From assembly GCA_963663805.2 (NCBI GenBank), contig CAXXMR010000013.1, positions 463,896 through 527,895 on the forward strand: a DNA stretch of 64,000 nt, given 5' to 3'. The first letter of the stretch is position 1. Each line of letters starts with the position of its first letter. The notes under the pieces are model-generated. The model saw only the letters and a list, made by a program, of their open reading frames with translations, was not told the DNA's origin and searched no databases. The stretch comes from Sedimentisphaerales bacterium (GTDB taxonomy: Bacteria > Planctomycetota > Phycisphaerae > Sedimentisphaerales > SM23-30). Shown piece by piece: positions 60,528-64,000 of the stretch. The position numbers and the translations under genes are program-made.

Positions 60528-61847
60528 ATGAGTGACTTTTTTCAAAATGGTGTAATTACCACGTTGCATGATTTCGGCACTGATAATCTTCAGCGGATGG
60601 AGTCGCGTTTATCTGACATACTCAAGCGTCGTGATATTGCCTTGATATTGCCGATTATTCCGCGTGATTTAATGTCGCCGGCGTTTAATGATATTGTGAT
60701 GGAATTGACGAAGGTTCCTTATATTTCAGAAGTTGTTTTGAGTCTGGGCCAAACGGATAAGTTTGAGGATTTTGTCGAGGCTCGTCGTCGGTTACAGCCT
60801 TTGCCTCAGCCTCATTCGGTGGTGTGGTCTTCCGGGCCGGGCATAAAAGTTCTGTTTGATGAACTAGCCGACCAGTACCTGCCCGTCGGTCCCGACGGTA
60901 AGGGCCGGGGGGTCTGGACCGGGCTTGGTTATGTGCTCAGTAACCGCAAGTTGTGGGTTATCGCGGTGCATGATTGCGACATCAAAAATTACACGCATCG
61001 GATGCTGGCCCGTCTGTGTTATCCTTGTGCGGTGCGGGGTATGGATTTTGAATTTACCAAGGCGTATTATATGCGCGTGACAGACAAGATTTATGGTCGA
61101 GTTACGCGTTTGTTCTTCACGCCGCTGATTCGAGCTTTGCAGAAAGTGGTCGGAAACCACGAATTCTTGCAGTTTTTGCATAGTTTTCGCTATCCGCTGT
61201 CGGGCGAGATTTGCATGACTCGTTCGCTGGCCCATGTTATTCGTATGCCGGGCAACTGGGGGTTAGAAATAGGGACGCTTTCTGAGGTTTATCGTACTTC
61301 GTCGCTTACTCGTGTTTGTCAGGTTGACATCGCTGAGCGTTATGAGCATAAGCATCAGAAGCTGGTGACGGGCGACCCTAAGGCGGGACTGTTGAAAATG
61401 TCGGTTGATATTGCCAGCGTGGTTTTGCACATATTGGCCAGTCATGGGGTGGTTTTTCCGTCGAATTCTTTTCAGACTTTAAAAGCTTCTTATGTTCATA
61501 TGGCCCAGGAAGCAATCAACCAGTATGCGGCGGACGCAATCCTGAACGGTTTACCTTATGACCGTCATAGCGAAGCGCAGGCGGTGGAGAGTTTTTCGCA
61601 GGCGATTGATTTAGCGGGCGAGAATATGGTTGCTAACAAGGCCGAAGTACCGCGAATTCCGGCCTGGAACCGGGTGATGTCGGCCCTGCCCGATTTCCTG
61701 GACCGGCTCTCGTCGGTGGTAATCGAAGAGAATCGGCAGGCTGATTTAGCGATAAGAGAGATGGAACGAAAGGAGCAGGCCGGTGGTTCCCGGATTCAGG
61801 ATTTTGATGACGGTTCACAGGGCAAGCGACCTCACGCTGAGGTCTGA
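60528..61847 (+). CDS. gpgS: Glucosyl-3-phosphoglycerate synthase-like glycosyltransferase
   Basis: MSDFFQNGVITTLH, GKGR, HDCDI, GRVTRL, YPLSGE, WGLEIG, YEHKHQ. Confidence 0.85.
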   Translation: MSDFFQNGVITTLHDFGTDNLQRMESRLSDILKRRDIALILPIIPRDLMSPAFNDIVMELTKVPYISEVVLSLGQTDKFEDFVEARRRLQPLPQPHSVVWSSGPGIKVLFDELADQYLPVGPDGKGRGVWTGLGYVLSNRKLWVIAVHDCDIKNYTHRMLARLCYPCAVRGMDFEFTKAYYMRVTDKIYGRVTRLFFTPLIRALQKVVGNHEFLQFLHSFRYPLSGEICMTRSLAHVIRMPGNWGLEIGTLSEVYRTSSLTRVCQVDIAERYEHKHQKLVTGDPKAGLLKMSVDIASVVLHILASHGVVFPSNSFQTLKASYVHMAQEAINQYAADAILNGLPYDRHSEAQAVESFSQAIDLAGENMVANKAEVPRIPAWNRVMSALPDFLDRLSSVVIEENRQADLAIREMERKEQAGGSRIQDFDDGSQGKRPHAEV

Positions 61848-61853
61848 TGGGAG

Positions 61854-62038
61854 TTAGTCTCTTTCAAATGAAATTTTACGCAAAATGGCAACATTTTCTC
61901 AAAACCGCGTACGGAAGTAAGCGGTGCCGTTAAAAATCCGCGTAATCAGCGGCTAAATATTGTCGTTGTTTGTGTTGTTTTGAATTTTGAGGTTAGAATT
62001 TAAAATTTAGGGCTTAGAATTTCCAGTTTATCTGGCTT
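61854..62038 (+). repeat. Composite non-coding repeat, copy B
   Basis: High-identity match to 3780-3970. Confidence 0.9.
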
Positions 62039-62040
62039 AG

Positions 62041-64000
62041 CCCCAATTTCTCACTTAAGGGGTAAAAAGTGGATTTTTGGCTCCTTCAGGGCTGTTGGTC
62101 TGTCGCCAACAGTGGTGTTATTTTTTGAGCTGACCGCTGTATATTTTCGGTGGCTTTTGCGGCGGCATTTCCATCTTCAAATGGTATAGCAGCAATTTCT
62201 GATCGCCATCGGGCTCGGTATATCTCTGCATCAGCAGAGTCCTGCCGTCCTGGGTTTCAAAGGACACATCGAGCATCTGGATTCGTGACATTGTTTCCAA
62301 AACGGCCTGGCTGGTTATCCCGCAGGCACTGGCCCGCAGTCTGTGTCTCAAGGTCACTTGCAGACAATAGCTCATAAACGCTACAAACACGTGAGCATCG
62401 ACCCGGTCTTCTTTATGGTGATAGACCGGCCGAACACCCAGATCGCTTTTGAGCTCCCGGAACGCTTGTTCTACATTACATTGCAGCATATACTCCTGCC
62501 AAAGCTCTATGCCATTCTTTCCGGTTTGATTGGTACGCAAAAAGTATGTGCCGTCACGATAAATCATTTCTCGGTATTTGTTCCTATCGAATTTATAATC
62601 AAACTCACCTTCCTCAATTCTTTCCTTTGGTTTTGGAATTGTAAGAGTAACGCATTTATACGAACTGCCAGCATGATGTTTGAGTTTGCCCAGCCTTTGC
62701 ATAAAACGGGCGTAATCACGATATTTCTTCAGCTTCTCCAGACCTTCCAGATAGTCACGCAGCTTGCGCTTACGCATAGCCCGTTCTTTAGCCATCCGCT
62801 CTTTGCTGCGGGCTAGAACATAACATTCACCATCTTTTTCGATATGCTTTATGCGAACACTGTCATTTACATCATGCCAGTTTTTCACCGAGAGTTCTTT
62901 TGAGAATTCATCCAGTAATTTACGAGGAGTACCAACAAGGTAACCAATGTCATTATCACGCATGTGCTCAAGTACCGCTTCTGTGGGGATACCCCGGTCC
63001 ATCAGCCAAACCCTGCCGACTTGGCCGTATTTTGACTCTATCTTGTTCAATAACGGCTTTAGCGTGGTTTTCTCCGAGGTATTACCCGCCCAGATTTCAT
63101 AATTAATCGGAAAGCCATCGGGCGTAACTACCAAAGCTATCAGAATCTGCCGACAATCACTTCTGCGATCTTTGCTATGACCAAATTTGGCTTTAGGATT
63201 CTGTTTGCATAATCCCTCAAAATACGTACTGGTGATATCGTAAAGCAAAATATCGTATTCCAGATTGAACATCATCTGCCAGGTATCTTTCAGATAAGAG
63301 CAAAGCTCCTCTTTGTAGGGCAATATCCTGTCCAGGCAGCGGTAAAGCCGGTTCTTTTCGGCAACCTCAAAATCACAGTCCAGCAATACATCCATTGCGG
63401 TTTGAGTAAACCAGTGCTGATGAACATAAAACTCCGCGCCGGGTTTGATAAGACGATTTACCGTCAATAATTTAACGACTTTGGAATACTCCACCGAAGA
63501 TCTTTCGGTGTCTATACGAGCGGACCAGAATTTATCCAGCCCAAGAGTATCCCATATCTCACAGCCCAGCCAACAGTCACCAAATGTTCGGGGGTTTTCC
63601 AGCCGCATCTTTGATAATTTCACGGCAATGGTATCGACATCATGGTGGGCATGATTATCCTGGTCATAAGCAAACAATGATTTGCGGACAGGCTGGTTAT
63701 CCTCGTTGATTATCTCAATAGACTTTTCCCAGGACTTCTTTTGCGAATCGGAAATCTCCCCGAGATACAGAACCATCTTCTCCACATAACGACCGCGCGA
63801 GACTTTACGCTTCTCAGCTATGCTGTAGTAGGTGTTGTACTTGCCGTTCTTCTTTCGCTTGTGCTTCTTCAGGTACATGCACATATTATCGCGGCTGAAA
63901 AACACCTGGCAATAGGGCAGGTCTGTACCAGAGCCAATATCGAACTAAAATCGCCGCTTACAACTCAAAATCACAGAAAATATTTTTATTTTTGACGGTT
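62041..64000 (-). mobile_element. IS1634-family element; far end not located, possibly outside the window
   Basis: Transposase plus likely end CCCCAATTTCTCAC at 62041, where similarity to repeat copy A stops. Confidence 0.75.
62118..63878 (-). CDS. IS1634-family DDE transposase
   Basis: LYRCLD, YDITSTYFEG, GHSKDRR.D, MDRG, VEQAFR.LK, RPVYH....RV.AH. Confidence 0.9.
   Translation of the reverse strand: MYLKKHKRKKNGKYNTYYSIAEKRKVSRGRYVEKMVLYLGEISDSQKKSWEKSIEIINEDNQPVRKSLFAYDQDNHAHHDVDTIAVKLSKMRLENPRTFGDCWLGCEIWDTLGLDKFWSARIDTERSSVEYSKVVKLLTVNRLIKPGAEFYVHQHWFTQTAMDVLLDCDFEVAEKNRLYRCLDRILPYKEELCSYLKDTWQMMFNLEYDILLYDITSTYFEGLCKQNPKAKFGHSKDRRSDCRQILIALVVTPDGFPINYEIWAGNTSEKTTLKPLLNKIESKYGQVGRVWLMDRGIPTEAVLEHMRDNDIGYLVGTPRKLLDEFSKELSVKNWHDVNDSVRIKHIEKDGECYVLARSKERMAKERAMRKRKLRDYLEGLEKLKKYRDYARFMQRLGKLKHHAGSSYKCVTLTIPKPKERIEEGEFDYKFDRNKYREMIYRDGTYFLRTNQTGKNGIELWQEYMLQCNVEQAFRELKSDLGVRPVYHHKEDRVDAHVFVAFMSYCLQVTLRHRLRASACGITSQAVLETMSRIQMLDVSFETQDGRTLLMQRYTEPDGDQKLLLYHLKMEMPPQKPPKIYSGQLKK

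Overview
A 64-kb bacterial chromosomal segment, most likely from a planctomycete of class Phycisphaerae (inferred from a prepilin/H-X9-DG protein, a PEP-CTERM protein, a degenerate GH10-like protein and futalosine-pathway mqnD). Housekeeping genes include glycerate kinase, queC/queF, aspC, proA/proB, thrC, dapB and an RluA-family synthase. The main locus is a ~16-kb divergent type IV filament cluster (33.4-49.1 kb): TPR pilotin-like lipoprotein, secretin and three pilins leftward; pilMNO(P), pilB, pilT, pilC and three minor pilins rightward. Other notable loci are a HAD-glycosyltransferase-gpgS operon resembling mannosylglucosylglycerate synthesis, a chemoreceptor with a hemerythrin domain, an APC-EIIA fusion transporter, a RACo protein, a sigma54-type Hsp20 pair, and a rubredoxin missed by the ORF track. 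Mobile DNA: IS200-like, IS1634-like and an IS21 istB remnant. A ~190-bp non-coding repeat occurs twice, each time beside an IS. proB and the pilotin-like gene each carry a single-base frameshift. No rRNA, tRNA or CRISPR array was seen. All calls come from reading motifs by eye; no searches were run.
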